From NCBI GenBank assembly GCA_049322255.1, contig JBMORE010000002.1, forward strand, positions 1-42,698: a stretch of DNA of 42,698 bases. Reading direction: 5' to 3'. Source of the DNA: Myxococcota bacterium. GTDB taxonomy: Bacteria; Myxococcota; Myxococcia; Myxococcales; Myxococcaceae. Below the pieces are notes generated by a model. The model was not told the origin of the DNA. It worked only from the letters and a program-made list of their open reading frames with translations, and searched no databases. The position numbers and the translations under genes were made by a program. Below, piece after piece: positions 10,013 through 18,630 of this stretch; position 1 is the first letter of the stretch; each line of letters starts with the position of its first letter.

Positions 10013-10356
10013 AGCGCGGCGACGTCTGGTGGGCAGAGCTTTCGCCACGTTCTGGGTCTGAGCAGAGGGGCAGCCGGCCGGTCATCGTCGTTTCCCACGA
10101 CGGGTTCAACCGCGTGCCGACCTGGCGGTCGGTCATCGTCGTTCCGGTGTCCACTTCCCCGAAGCAGGCCGGTCGCGGCCCAACGGTCGTTTTCCTTCCT
10201 CGAGGTTCCGGGGGCCTTCGCGCGGACAGCTCCGCGTTGTGCCACCAAGTCACCACCCTTGATCGGGCGAAGTTGGCCCGCTGTCTCGGTACTCTGCCCA
10301 GCGCACTCATGTCCCAGTTGAGTGAGGGCCTCAAGGCCGCCCAAGACTTGCCCTGA
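10009..10356 (+). CDS. mazF: PemK/MazF-family mRNA interferase toxin
   Basis: MKRGDVWWAELSPRSGSEQRGSRPVIVVS, VVPVST, CHQVTTLDRAKL. Confidence 0.93.
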   Translation: MKRGDVWWAELSPRSGSEQRGSRPVIVVSHDGFNRVPTWRSVIVVPVSTSPKQAGRGPTVVFLPRGSGGLRADSSALCHQVTTLDRAKLARCLGTLPSALMSQLSEGLKAAQDLP

Positions 10357-10360
10357 ACCT

Positions 10361-10392
10361 CCAGCGACGGTGAGCGGCTCCACGCCGCTGGC
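10361..10392. terminator. GC-rich hairpin between convergent genes
   Basis: AGCGGC-TCCAC-GCCGCT, with an alternative CCAGCG/CGCTGG pairing; no U-tract. Confidence 0.3.
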
Positions 10393-10407
10393 GAAGCACC
10401 GGGCGCC

Positions 10408-10569
10408 CTACCGACCGACCCAAAGAGCCATGTAGACGTCGTCGATTTCGTTGGGCGTCGAAGCGAGCTTCCCCGGAACGGTCGCGATCATGCGCTCGGC
10501 CGCCGCAAGCAGCGGAGCGTCCTCCGGTCGTGCTTTTCGAATCGAGGCCCGGTGGGCGGCCCGTTTCAT
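10408..10569 (-). pseudogene. Internally deleted GNAT acetyltransferase remnant
   Basis: GNAT-like N-terminus (SIRKARPEDAPLLAAAE) joined directly to a GNAT-like last strand (IDDVYMALWV) in 53 aa; ATGA-coupled to the upstream gene. Confidence 0.55.
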
Positions 10570-12149
10570 CGGAGCAAGAGCGAGCGGGAGCCAGCAGCGA
10601 TGCTCACCTCGCCGGTCATCCCCGGTCTCAGCTTGGGGTCGGGCTTTTCCAGCACCGCCTCCGCTACGGCGGCGCCTTTCTCGCTCGGCTTCACCACCGC
10701 CACCGTCGCATCGAAGCTCTTGGCCGGCAACGCCGGACTGGTGAAGGTGAGCTCGGAGCCCGTGTGGACGTGGGTTGCGTCTTTGGCATCGAGCTTGACC
10801 AAAACTTTGAGGCTCTTGGTGTCGTCGATGCGCAACAAGAGGTCGCCCTCGTTCAACCGCTCGCCTACTTTCGACGTCGGCGAGGCCACCTCTCCCGCCG
10901 CGGGAGCGAGCAGCTCGGTCGAAGCGAGCTCTTTGGCGAGTGGCTCGCGCGCGGCCTTCTTCGCCGCGAGCTCCTCGGAGGCCGCCGCGCCATCGGGGCC
11001 GAGCTGTGCTTTGGCCTTCTTCAGCGCCACCGCCAGCGCGGCCACCTTCTTCTCCGCCTTCTTGAGCGCGCTCGTCTTCTTCGCCTTGGCCAGCTTGTTT
11101 TTCGCCGCCGTCGCCTTGGCGAGGTCGGCTTCCAACCGGCCCACCTTGGCTTTCATCTTGGGGTTGACCTTCGCCGAGCCCTTGGCCGCCTTCTTCACCT
11201 CGCGCTCCAGCCGGGCGATGCGCGCGTCCAGCTCCGCCAGTTTTTTCTGCGCTTCGCCAACGTCGAAGCGTGCCAACTTCTGACCTGCCTCCACCCATTG
11301 GCCGTCCTTGACCAACAGCTCGGCCAGCTTGGCCGCGCGCGGCATCTTCACCTCGACGGAGGCGCGCGGCGCGAGCACCCCTGGCGCGCTCGCCGAGTAG
11401 GGAAGCGGCACCGCCAGCACGGCCCCGAGCGCCACGAGCCCCACCCCGGCGACGATCAGCTTCTTCTTGGGGTTGGCTGGGCGAGAGCTCGCCTGTTCGT
11501 CTTCGTCGGGGGCGAACTGGCCGGTCTCACCTTCCTCGAACCACTTCGCCTCCGCTTGGCTGAACAAAGTGGCGAAGGAGAGCTCGGGCTTGCCTTCCGG
11601 GTACTGGGTGAGCAGCGCGTCGACGCGCGCGAGGAGCTCGGTCGCCTCAGCGGTCGCCGGCTGTTGGTCGAGCAGCTGAGTGAGGCACTGCTTGGCCTCT
11701 TGGAGCTGGTCGGCGCGGAAGGCCTTCAGCGCTGCTTGGTAGAGGGTGCGGCCTTCGGGGGTCCACGCGGCGCGCGCCTGCCAGGTGCTCCCCGGAGGCC
11801 CGCTCGCCTCGGCGGGAGAGGCCGGCCCCAGCGCTGCTTTGGCCTCGATGAGGCTGTGTTTCTGCAGCCGACGGACGAACTTCTGTAGGCTTTCCGGGGT
11901 GACGGGCAGGCCGATTTGCTCGGCGGCCGAGATGACGTCGCCCACCGTGCGCTGGCCGTTGAGCATGCGCGCCAGCGACAGCTCGAAGTCGTGCATCTCG
12001 AATGAAACGTCGCGCTGCGGATCGCTCACTTCGTATTTGAGCTGGCCGTGGTCTTCCTTGCGCTCGACTCGAAGGTCGGCACGCAGACTGGGGAGCACGT
12101 CGTCAACGGCGAGCGGCGGTAAGGGAAAACCCTTGGAGTCGGAGGACAT
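10566..12149 (-). CDS. HlyD-type membrane fusion protein with N-terminal PqqD/RRE-like domain and a TPR-like helix pair
   Basis: LPSLRADL..YEVSDP..LARMLNGQRTVGDV..LQKFVRRLQKHSLIE; TM helix; lipoyl halves LLVKDGQWVEAGQKLA and LLAPAAGEV..VGERLNEGDLL; LRPGMTGEVSI. Confidence 0.8.
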   Translation of the reverse strand: MSSDSKGFPLPPLAVDDVLPSLRADLRVERKEDHGQLKYEVSDPQRDVSFEMHDFELSLARMLNGQRTVGDVISAAEQIGLPVTPESLQKFVRRLQKHSLIEAKAALGPASPAEASGPPGSTWQARAAWTPEGRTLYQAALKAFRADQLQEAKQCLTQLLDQQPATAEATELLARVDALLTQYPEGKPELSFATLFSQAEAKWFEEGETGQFAPDEDEQASSRPANPKKKLIVAGVGLVALGAVLAVPLPYSASAPGVLAPRASVEVKMPRAAKLAELLVKDGQWVEAGQKLARFDVGEAQKKLAELDARIARLEREVKKAAKGSAKVNPKMKAKVGRLEADLAKATAAKNKLAKAKKTSALKKAEKKVAALAVALKKAKAQLGPDGAAASEELAAKKAAREPLAKELASTELLAPAAGEVASPTSKVGERLNEGDLLLRIDDTKSLKVLVKLDAKDATHVHTGSELTFTSPALPAKSFDATVAVVKPSEKGAAVAEAVLEKPDPKLRPGMTGEVSIAAGSRSLLLR

Positions 12150-12206
12150 GGGTTCGCACGATAGCAAGGGCTTGAAGCGATGGTAGATTGCCGAGCGAAG
12201 CGCGCG

Positions 12207-13217
12207 ATGCCCGTCCTGCCCAGCTTTCACAGTCCACAAGCGCTGTGGCTCCTTCTCGCCGTGCCGTTGCTCATCTGGTGGGCCGTGCTCGAGCGGAAGA
12301 GCCGGGCGGTGTTCCGTTTCTCCGCCGCGCACATGCTCCTGCGCTCCGGCCGTGGCCTGCGAGCGCATCTGACGTGGCTTTTGCCGACGATGCGGGTGGC
12401 GGCGTTCGTCTTGGCGGTGGTGGCGCTCGCCCGCCCCCAGGAGCGCGACGCGCGAAGGCGTGACCTCTCGGTCGAGGGCATCGACATCATGATTGCCCTC
12501 GACGTCTCGATTTCGATGGAGGCGGCCGACTTTCGTCCCCGTAACCGCTTGCACGTGGCCAAGGAGGTGCTCGCCGAATTCATTTTGGCGCGGGTGAACG
12601 ACCGCATCGGCTTGGTGGTCTTCTCCGGCGCGGCGTACACCCAGGCACCGCTCACGCTCGACTATGGCGTGCTCAAGGAGGTGGTGCAGCAGCTGCGCAC
12701 CCGCGTGTTGGAAGACGGCACCGCGATCGGCGATGCGCTGGCCACCTCGCTCAACCGCCTGCGTGACTCCGACGCCAAGAGCCGGGTGGTGGTGCTCATC
12801 ACCGACGGCGACAACAACGCCGGAAAAATCTCCCCCCTCGACGCGGCGGCGATGGCCCAGGCGTTGAAGATTCCCGTCTACACCATTCTCGTGGGAAAGG
12901 GCGGCAAGGTGCCCTTCCCCAATGGCACCGACCTCTTCGGTAACCCCGCCTTCCGGGAGGCGGAGATTCCCGTCAATCCCGAGCTGCTCCAAAAGATCGC
13001 CTCCTCCACCGGCGGCGAGTTCTACCGCCCCACCGACCGTGCCTCGCTGAAGGAGGGACTACAAAAGGTGCTCGACGCGCTCGAGCGCTCCAAGCTGATG
13101 GAGGGGGGCGCTGCCGCCACGTACCGCGAGAAGTTTCACCCCTTCCTCCTCTGGGCGTTCCTCCTCGCCGCCGCTGAGCTTCTTTTCCGGGCCACGGTCT
13201 TGAGGGTGTTCCCGTGA
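12207..13217 (+). CDS. batA: BatA-like VWA domain membrane protein
   Basis: N-terminal double TM, ALARPQ, MIDAS DVSISM, DRIGLVVFSG, GTAIGDAL, ITDGDNN. Confidence 0.92.
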   Translation: MPVLPSFHSPQALWLLLAVPLLIWWAVLERKSRAVFRFSAAHMLLRSGRGLRAHLTWLLPTMRVAAFVLAVVALARPQERDARRRDLSVEGIDIMIALDVSISMEAADFRPRNRLHVAKEVLAEFILARVNDRIGLVVFSGAAYTQAPLTLDYGVLKEVVQQLRTRVLEDGTAIGDALATSLNRLRDSDAKSRVVVLITDGDNNAGKISPLDAAAMAQALKIPVYTILVGKGGKVPFPNGTDLFGNPAFREAEIPVNPELLQKIASSTGGEFYRPTDRASLKEGLQKVLDALERSKLMEGGAAATYREKFHPFLLWAFLLAAAELLFRATVLRVFP

Positions 13218-14263
13218 GCCCCTGGCGCTTTGGCCTGTTGGGTTACCAGCTCGCGCTGAACCAGCCGCTCTATTTGGCGCTGGCGCCGGTGGCTCTCGCG
13301 GTGGCGGGGGTCGCCCTCCTTTCCGCCTTGCGCCGGCGTGAGCGGCTGGCCGCGCTCCTCCCCGAACGGCGGGCCGAACGCCTCGCGCCGGGTGTCTCAG
13401 TGGGCCGGCCGGCGGCGCAATCGGCGCTCTACGGCTTGGGCCTGTTGCTCTTCTCGGTGGCGCTGGCGCAGCCGCAGTGCACGAGCCACACCGAGCTGGC
13501 CAAGCGGCAAGGCATCGACGTGGTGGTGGCGCTCGACGCCTCCAAGTCGATGCTCGCCCGCGACGTGCAGCCCTCGCGACTGGAACGCGCCAAGCTCGAG
13601 CTACACGCCCTGCTCGATGAGCTGAAGGGCGATCGGGTGGGCATCGTCGTCTTCGCTGGCGACGCCTTCATTCAGTGCCCGCTCACCTCGGACTACGAGG
13701 CGGCCAAGCTCTTCTTGCGCGCGGTCGACCCCTCGCAGATGCCGCAGGGAGGCACCAACATCGGCGACGCGCTCCTCTTGGCGCGCCAAGTGCTCGACAA
13801 CGCCGACCGCGGCGCCCAAGACCGGGTGGTGGTGCTCATCTCCGACGGAGAGGATCTCACCGGCGACGTGCAGGAGGGCATCGCCGCGCTGCAAGAGGCG
13901 CGGGTGAAGGTGCTCGCCGTGGGCATCGGCAGTGAGCAGGGAGAGCCGATTCCGCTCTTCGACAAGCACGGCCAGATGGCGGGTTACCAGAAGGACGCCC
14001 TGGGCAACACGGTGGTGACTCGTCTCGATCGCGCCGGGCTTCTGGCGATTGCCGAGGCGACTGGGGGAGCGCTGTTTCACCAGCCACGCTCGGTGGCGAT
14101 GGGGGAGGTGGTGCGCCTCATCGACCAAATGCAGAAGAGCGAGCTCGAGAGCCGCCTCTTCGTGCACTACGCCGAGGGTTTTCAGTACTTCGCCGCCGCT
14201 GGTTTGCTGCTCACCGCCGCCGGCATGCTCCTTCGGCCCTCGCGCAGAAAGGTGACGGCGTGA
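13214..14263 (+). CDS. batB: BatB-like VWA domain membrane protein
   Basis: ALAQPQ, LDASKSMLARDVQPSRLERAK, DRVGIVVFAG, PLTSD, ISDGED; coupled to batA. Confidence 0.92.
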   Translation: MSPWRFGLLGYQLALNQPLYLALAPVALAVAGVALLSALRRRERLAALLPERRAERLAPGVSVGRPAAQSALYGLGLLLFSVALAQPQCTSHTELAKRQGIDVVVALDASKSMLARDVQPSRLERAKLELHALLDELKGDRVGIVVFAGDAFIQCPLTSDYEAAKLFLRAVDPSQMPQGGTNIGDALLLARQVLDNADRGAQDRVVVLISDGEDLTGDVQEGIAALQEARVKVLAVGIGSEQGEPIPLFDKHGQMAGYQKDALGNTVVTRLDRAGLLAIAEATGGALFHQPRSVAMGEVVRLIDQMQKSELESRLFVHYAEGFQYFAAAGLLLTAAGMLLRPSRRKVTA

Positions 14264-15219
14264 ACGCCCGCTGGCTTCGCGCGCCGCTTTCGGTGCTCCT
14301 GGCCGCGCTCGTCGCGGTGGGCTCGCCCGCGCTCGCCCTGGGGCCCTTCGAGAAGAACCACCCGCTGGTGCAAGAGGGCCTCGACGCCTTCGAGCGGGGC
14401 GACTACGAGGCGGCCCTGCAAAAATTCGAGGCGGCGAAGAAGGAGCTGCCCGACTCCGCGGCGGTGGAGTTCAACCGCGGCAATGCGCTCTTCAAGCTGC
14501 AGCGTTTCGAGGAGGCGCGCGACGCCTATCGTCGGGTGGCGGAAATCGGCCAGGGGCAGCTTCGCCAGAAGGACCATTACAACTTGGGCAACGCGCTGGC
14601 GGCGACGGGGGAGAACAAGGAAGCCATCTCGGCATATCGCCGGGCGTTGGTGCTCGACCCCAAGGACGAGCTGGCGCGGCACAACCTCGAGGTGCTCCTG
14701 CGCAAGCTGCCGCCCAAGCAGCAAAGCGGCCCCGACGGTGGAACGCCTGATGGAGGTGGCGGCGATGGCGGCGGGCCCGACGGCGGAGCTCCCGATGCCG
14801 GACGCGATGGCGGCACCGACGGCGGCTCCGATGGAGGCAAGCCCGATGGCGGGGAGGGTGACGGCGGGCACGAAGACGGCGGCGAGGACGGCGGCGGTGG
14901 TCAGCGCGGGGGCGACGCAGGCACGGATGGAGGCCGTGACGCTGGTCAAAGTGGAGAAGGGACACAGCCGCGTGACGGTGGTGAGGAAGAAGAGAACGGT
15001 GAAAGCGACGCCGGCATGCCCGAGGATGCGGACGGTGGGCAAGACGGGGGAGCCTTTGCCACCGCCGACGACGCCTCCGACGGCGGTCTCAGCGAAGCCG
15101 AGCTCTCGAGGCGAGAGGCGGAGAAGCTGCTCGACGCGATGAAGAAGAACGAGAAGAACCTCCAGCTGTGGCGCTTCCAGCAGAAGAAACGTAGGAGGCC
15201 GGTTGAGAAAGATTGGTGA
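14260..15219 (+). CDS. batC: BatC-like TPR protein with acidic Gly-rich linker
   Basis: Signal peptide, TPRs (FNRGNALFK, YNLGNALA, ARHNLE), EAEKLLDAM and terminal VEKDW. Confidence 0.88.
   Translation: MNARWLRAPLSVLLAALVAVGSPALALGPFEKNHPLVQEGLDAFERGDYEAALQKFEAAKKELPDSAAVEFNRGNALFKLQRFEEARDAYRRVAEIGQGQLRQKDHYNLGNALAATGENKEAISAYRRALVLDPKDELARHNLEVLLRKLPPKQQSGPDGGTPDGGGGDGGGPDGGAPDAGRDGGTDGGSDGGKPDGGEGDGGHEDGGEDGGGGQRGGDAGTDGGRDAGQSGEGTQPRDGGEEEENGESDAGMPEDADGGQDGGAFATADDASDGGLSEAELSRREAEKLLDAMKKNEKNLQLWRFQQKKRRRPVEKDW
14731..15087 (+). repeat. Coding low-complexity D(G/A)G repeat region
   Basis: About 20 DGG/DAG triplets counted by eye within batC. Confidence 0.85.
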
Positions 15220-15226
15220 AGCTTGG

Positions 15227-15262
15227 GCCCCTCACCCCAGTCCTCTCCCAGAGGGAGAGGGC
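15227..15262. repeat. REP-like extragenic palindrome CCCCTCACCCCAGTCCTCTCCCAGAGGGAGAGGG
   Basis: CCTCTCCC-AGA-GGGAGAGG hairpin preceded by CCCCTCACCCC; resembles a repeat I recall as abundant in myxobacteria; sits between batC and batD. Confidence 0.75.
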
Positions 15263-15306
15263 GCTCAGGAAGGAATCGCCCGTTGCGCGGTTTGAAGTAG
15301 GTTTCG

Positions 15307-17178
15307 ATGGCGATGACCGCAAGAGCGCTCCTGGCTTTCGGCCTGCTTGCCGCCGCCACGGTCGAGGCCGCGGAGGTCGAGCTCTACCAAACGGTGGACC
15401 GCAACCAGGTCGGCACCGAGGACACCTTTCGGCTCACTGTGGTGGTGGCCAACGCCCCTGACACCGCCCAACTGCAGCTGCCCGCGCCCCAGGACTTCGA
15501 GGTGCTCTCGCGCTCGCAAAGCACCCAGATGTCCTACCAGTTGGGAGGCGGCGGGGCGGGCTCGATTCAGCGGGTGCAAAAGTACGTGCTGGTGATGCGC
15601 GCCAACCGCGCCGGCACCCTCACCATTCCCCCAGCGGTGCTCACCACCGCCCAACGGACGTTTCGAACCGAGAGCGTGCAAGTGGAAGTGAAAAAGGGGA
15701 GGGTGACCGACCCCAACGCTGCTCCGCCGAGGCAGGGGTCGATGTTCGGCCAGCTCCCCGACCCGTTCAGGAACCTTCCCCTGCCGGGGTTCCCCGAGGA
15801 CTTCGGCGACGACCCGTTCGGCTTCCCCGAGCCTGACATTCCCCGGTCGGACTCCGACCTCTTCCTGAGCGCGGCGGTCGATCGCTCGGAGGTATACGTC
15901 GGCGAACAGACCACCCTCTCGGTCTACGTCTTCTCGCGGATGGACCTCTCCTCGGTGGACAAATTCATCGCCCCCAAGCTCGATGGCTTTTGGAGCGAGG
16001 ACTTGGACGACAGCCCCAGACAGCTCACCGCCGAGTCGCGAGTGGTGGGCGGAGTGCCCTACCGCGCCTACTTGCTCAAACGGTGGGCGCTCTTTCCGAC
16101 GAAGAGCGGAACCTTCACCCTCGCGCCCTCGGAGGCGGACATCACCACGGGCTATCTCTTCGCCGGCCGCCGCATCAGCCGCACGAGTAACCCGGTGGAG
16201 GTGAAGGTGAAGCCTCTGCCTTCTGGCGCTCCCAAGGGCTTCTCCGGGGGAAACGTGGGCAAATGGCGCCTCACGGTCGAGGCCACCCCCACCCAGGTGA
16301 AGTTGGGCGAGCCGGTCACCGTGCGCGTCGCCCTCGAAGGCCAAGGCAACCTGCGCAACGTGATGTTGCCGTCCCTCACTGCGCCGCCGCCGGTCAAGGT
16401 CTACGACCCCACCACCACCGACAAGGTAGCGGTGAAGCGCGGACTCTTCGGGGGCAAGCGGGTGCAGGAGTATTTGGTGATGCCGCAGCAGACGGGCACC
16501 TTCACCCTGCCGGGGCTGACCTTGCCCTTCTACGACCCCGAGCTGCGCCGCTACGACGAGTCGCGCACCGACGACATCCGCCTCACCGTGCTACCCGGGG
16601 CCGGCGGCGCCCATGCCATTGCCGGGGGCTCCAACAACGCCGCCCCCGACCCTTCAGAAAAAAATCAGCTCGCGGCCACCTCGCTCAAGGCGCTGCGTTA
16701 CCAGGCCGACTTCGCGGCGCCCCGTGTTCCGGCCTGGCGGCGTCCTTTCTTCATTCCGGTCGCGCTCGCTCCGCCGGTGCTGTGGCTGTCCTTCGCTCTC
16801 CTGGGCTGGGCGCGCTCCACGCTGGGCCGGGAGGACGCCGTCAGCCTGACCAAGAAAAAGGCCAAGGCCGCCCGCGCGCGGTTGGCTGCGGCCGAGAAGC
16901 TCGCGGCTCGTGGGAGCGCCGACGCCTTCTACGCCGAGGTGGAGAAGGCGCTCTTGCACTTCCTCGAAGCCAAGCTCGGCGTTCCGGTAGGGGGGCTCAC
17001 CCGCGAGGGGTTGAGCGAGCGGCTCTCGGCGGCGGGGATCTCCGCGGAGCGCTCGCGTGCGGTGCTCGCGGTGCTCGAGGCCTGCGACATCGGCCGGTTC
17101 GCGCCCGGCGCCGGTGGAGGGTCCCGCGCCCAGTTGCTCGATGACGCCGCGGCGGCGATGGGGGGCTGGAACGAATGA
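15307..17178 (+). CDS. batD: BatD-like protein
   Basis: Signal peptide, three repeated beta domains (VDRNQVG, VDRSEVYVGEQ, VKLGEPVT..GQGNL; GTFTLP), TM helix, C-terminal helical domain. Confidence 0.88.
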   Translation: MAMTARALLAFGLLAAATVEAAEVELYQTVDRNQVGTEDTFRLTVVVANAPDTAQLQLPAPQDFEVLSRSQSTQMSYQLGGGGAGSIQRVQKYVLVMRANRAGTLTIPPAVLTTAQRTFRTESVQVEVKKGRVTDPNAAPPRQGSMFGQLPDPFRNLPLPGFPEDFGDDPFGFPEPDIPRSDSDLFLSAAVDRSEVYVGEQTTLSVYVFSRMDLSSVDKFIAPKLDGFWSEDLDDSPRQLTAESRVVGGVPYRAYLLKRWALFPTKSGTFTLAPSEADITTGYLFAGRRISRTSNPVEVKVKPLPSGAPKGFSGGNVGKWRLTVEATPTQVKLGEPVTVRVALEGQGNLRNVMLPSLTAPPPVKVYDPTTTDKVAVKRGLFGGKRVQEYLVMPQQTGTFTLPGLTLPFYDPELRRYDESRTDDIRLTVLPGAGGAHAIAGGSNNAAPDPSEKNQLAATSLKALRYQADFAAPRVPAWRRPFFIPVALAPPVLWLSFALLGWARSTLGREDAVSLTKKKAKAARARLAAAEKLAARGSADAFYAEVEKALLHFLEAKLGVPVGGLTREGLSERLSAAGISAERSRAVLAVLEACDIGRFAPGAGGGSRAQLLDDAAAAMGGWNE

Positions 17179-17912
17179 TGCTCTCCCTCCTCGCCTGGGC
17201 GCTTTTGGCGCAGTCGCACTTCACCCCGGCCGAGGCGCAAGCCATCTTCAGCCAGGCCAACGATGCCTACTACCGCGAGGAGTGGGCCACCGCGAAAGAA
17301 GGCTACGCCAAGCTTTTGCAGCACGGCTACGGCGGGCCCGACGTGCTCTTCAACTTGGGCACCACCTGTCTTTCCGCCGGGGAGCTGGGCGAGGCGGTGC
17401 TCAACCTCGAGCGTGCGCACAGATTGTCGAACACGCCCGACATCGAGGCCAACCTCGCCGTCGCCCGCGCCCGCCAGCTCGATCGCGTCATCGGCGCAAG
17501 TAGCGACGAACCGTTCTTGCAACGTCTGGTCGCCGCCACCCACCCCGACGGGTTGGTCTGGGGCTTTCTGTCCAGCTGGGTCGTTGCGTTCGGGCTTTTG
17601 GTGCTGGTTCGGGTTGCGACTCGCGGGCGTCTGCTCCTTGGGCTGGGTGCGGCAGCGGCTTTCTTTTGCGCGCTGGTGAGCGGGAGCCTCGTCGGCGCCC
17701 ACATCTACGTGGAACGGACGGTCAGCGAAGGGGTGGTGGTCGCCAAGGAGCTCAAGGCTTTCGAGCTGCCCAAGGAGTCCGCCAAGGTCTCCTTCGAGGT
17801 GCACGCGGGGCTCAAGGTGCGCTTGTTGGAAAGCTCTGGCAAGTTCGTGCGCATTCGGCTGCCCAACGGCCTCGAAGGGTGGACGGAGAAGGAAGGCCTG
17901 GCGGAGATATGA
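17175..17912 (+). CDS. batE: BatE-like TPR plus SH3b protein
   Basis: ANDAYY, LFNLG, LERA..DIEANL, two TM helices, FEVHAGLKV..IRLPNGLEGW. Confidence 0.88.
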   Translation: MMLSLLAWALLAQSHFTPAEAQAIFSQANDAYYREEWATAKEGYAKLLQHGYGGPDVLFNLGTTCLSAGELGEAVLNLERAHRLSNTPDIEANLAVARARQLDRVIGASSDEPFLQRLVAATHPDGLVWGFLSSWVVAFGLLVLVRVATRGRLLLGLGAAAAFFCALVSGSLVGAHIYVERTVSEGVVVAKELKAFELPKESAKVSFEVHAGLKVRLLESSGKFVRIRLPNGLEGWTEKEGLAEI

Positions 17913-18601
17913 TTGAAGTGCACAAGGCCACCAAGGTGTACCGCCGCGGCAAAACCGAGGTGCGCGCGCTGGCGGTCGAGTCGCTCACAGTGCCCAAGGG
18001 ACAGTTTCTCTCGGTGATGGGGCCGTCGGGCTCGGGGAAGAGTACGCTCCTCAATCTCCTGGGCGCGCTCGATGTGCCCACCTCGGGCTCGATCACCATC
18101 GATGGCAAAGAAATCTCCCGCCTCGACGACGCCGCGCTGTCGCGTTTCCGCCGCGAGCGGCTGGGGTTCATCTTTCAGTTCTTCAATCTGTTGCCCACGC
18201 TCACCGCGGTGGAGAACGTCGTCTTGCCGGCGCTGCTCTCGGGGCAGTCGCGCGAGGCGGTGCTTCCTCGGGCCCGTGAGCTGCTGTCCGCCGTGGGCCT
18301 AAAAGAGCGAGACCATCACCGCCCCGACGAGCTCTCCGGGGGAGAGATGCAGCGGGTGGCGGTGGCGCGGGCGCTGCTCACCGAGCCGGCGCTTCTTTTG
18401 GCCGACGAGCCCACCGGCAACTTGGACTCGAAGACCGGCGCCGAGGTCTTACGCATTCTGCGCGAGGCCACCCGTCAGCGGAACGTCACCGTGGTGATGG
18501 TGACCCATGACGCCAAGGCCGCCGAAGTGGGGGACCGCATCGTTCGCTTGGCCGACGGAGCCGTCGTCGGCGACGAGGCGCTGCGGGGCGTGGCTGCCTG
18601 A
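17909..18601 (+). CDS. ABC transporter ATP-binding protein (LolD/MacB-like)
   Basis: GPSGSGKST, GFIFQFFNL, LSGGEMQRVA, LLADEPTGNLD, VTHD; ATGA overlap with batE. Confidence 0.95.
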   Translation: MIEVHKATKVYRRGKTEVRALAVESLTVPKGQFLSVMGPSGSGKSTLLNLLGALDVPTSGSITIDGKEISRLDDAALSRFRRERLGFIFQFFNLLPTLTAVENVVLPALLSGQSREAVLPRARELLSAVGLKERDHHRPDELSGGEMQRVAVARALLTEPALLLADEPTGNLDSKTGAEVLRILREATRQRNVTVVMVTHDAKAAEVGDRIVRLADGAVVGDEALRGVAA

Positions 18602-18630
18602 GCCGGGAGAGGACACGCACGCCGCTCGCT

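Noticed and set aside
10408..12149. RiPP biosynthetic cluster around the PqqD/RRE-like domain
   Set aside because: No precursor, radical SAM, YcaO, lanthipeptide or peptidase gene nearby
12150..12992. N-terminal 281 aa of the 808-aa ORF 10566..12992
   Set aside because: Antisense to batA; the real gene most likely starts at 12149
14731..15087. CRISPR array or DNA tandem repeat
   Set aside because: Repeats are degenerate at DNA level, in frame within batC, with no constant repeat-spacer period and no cas genes
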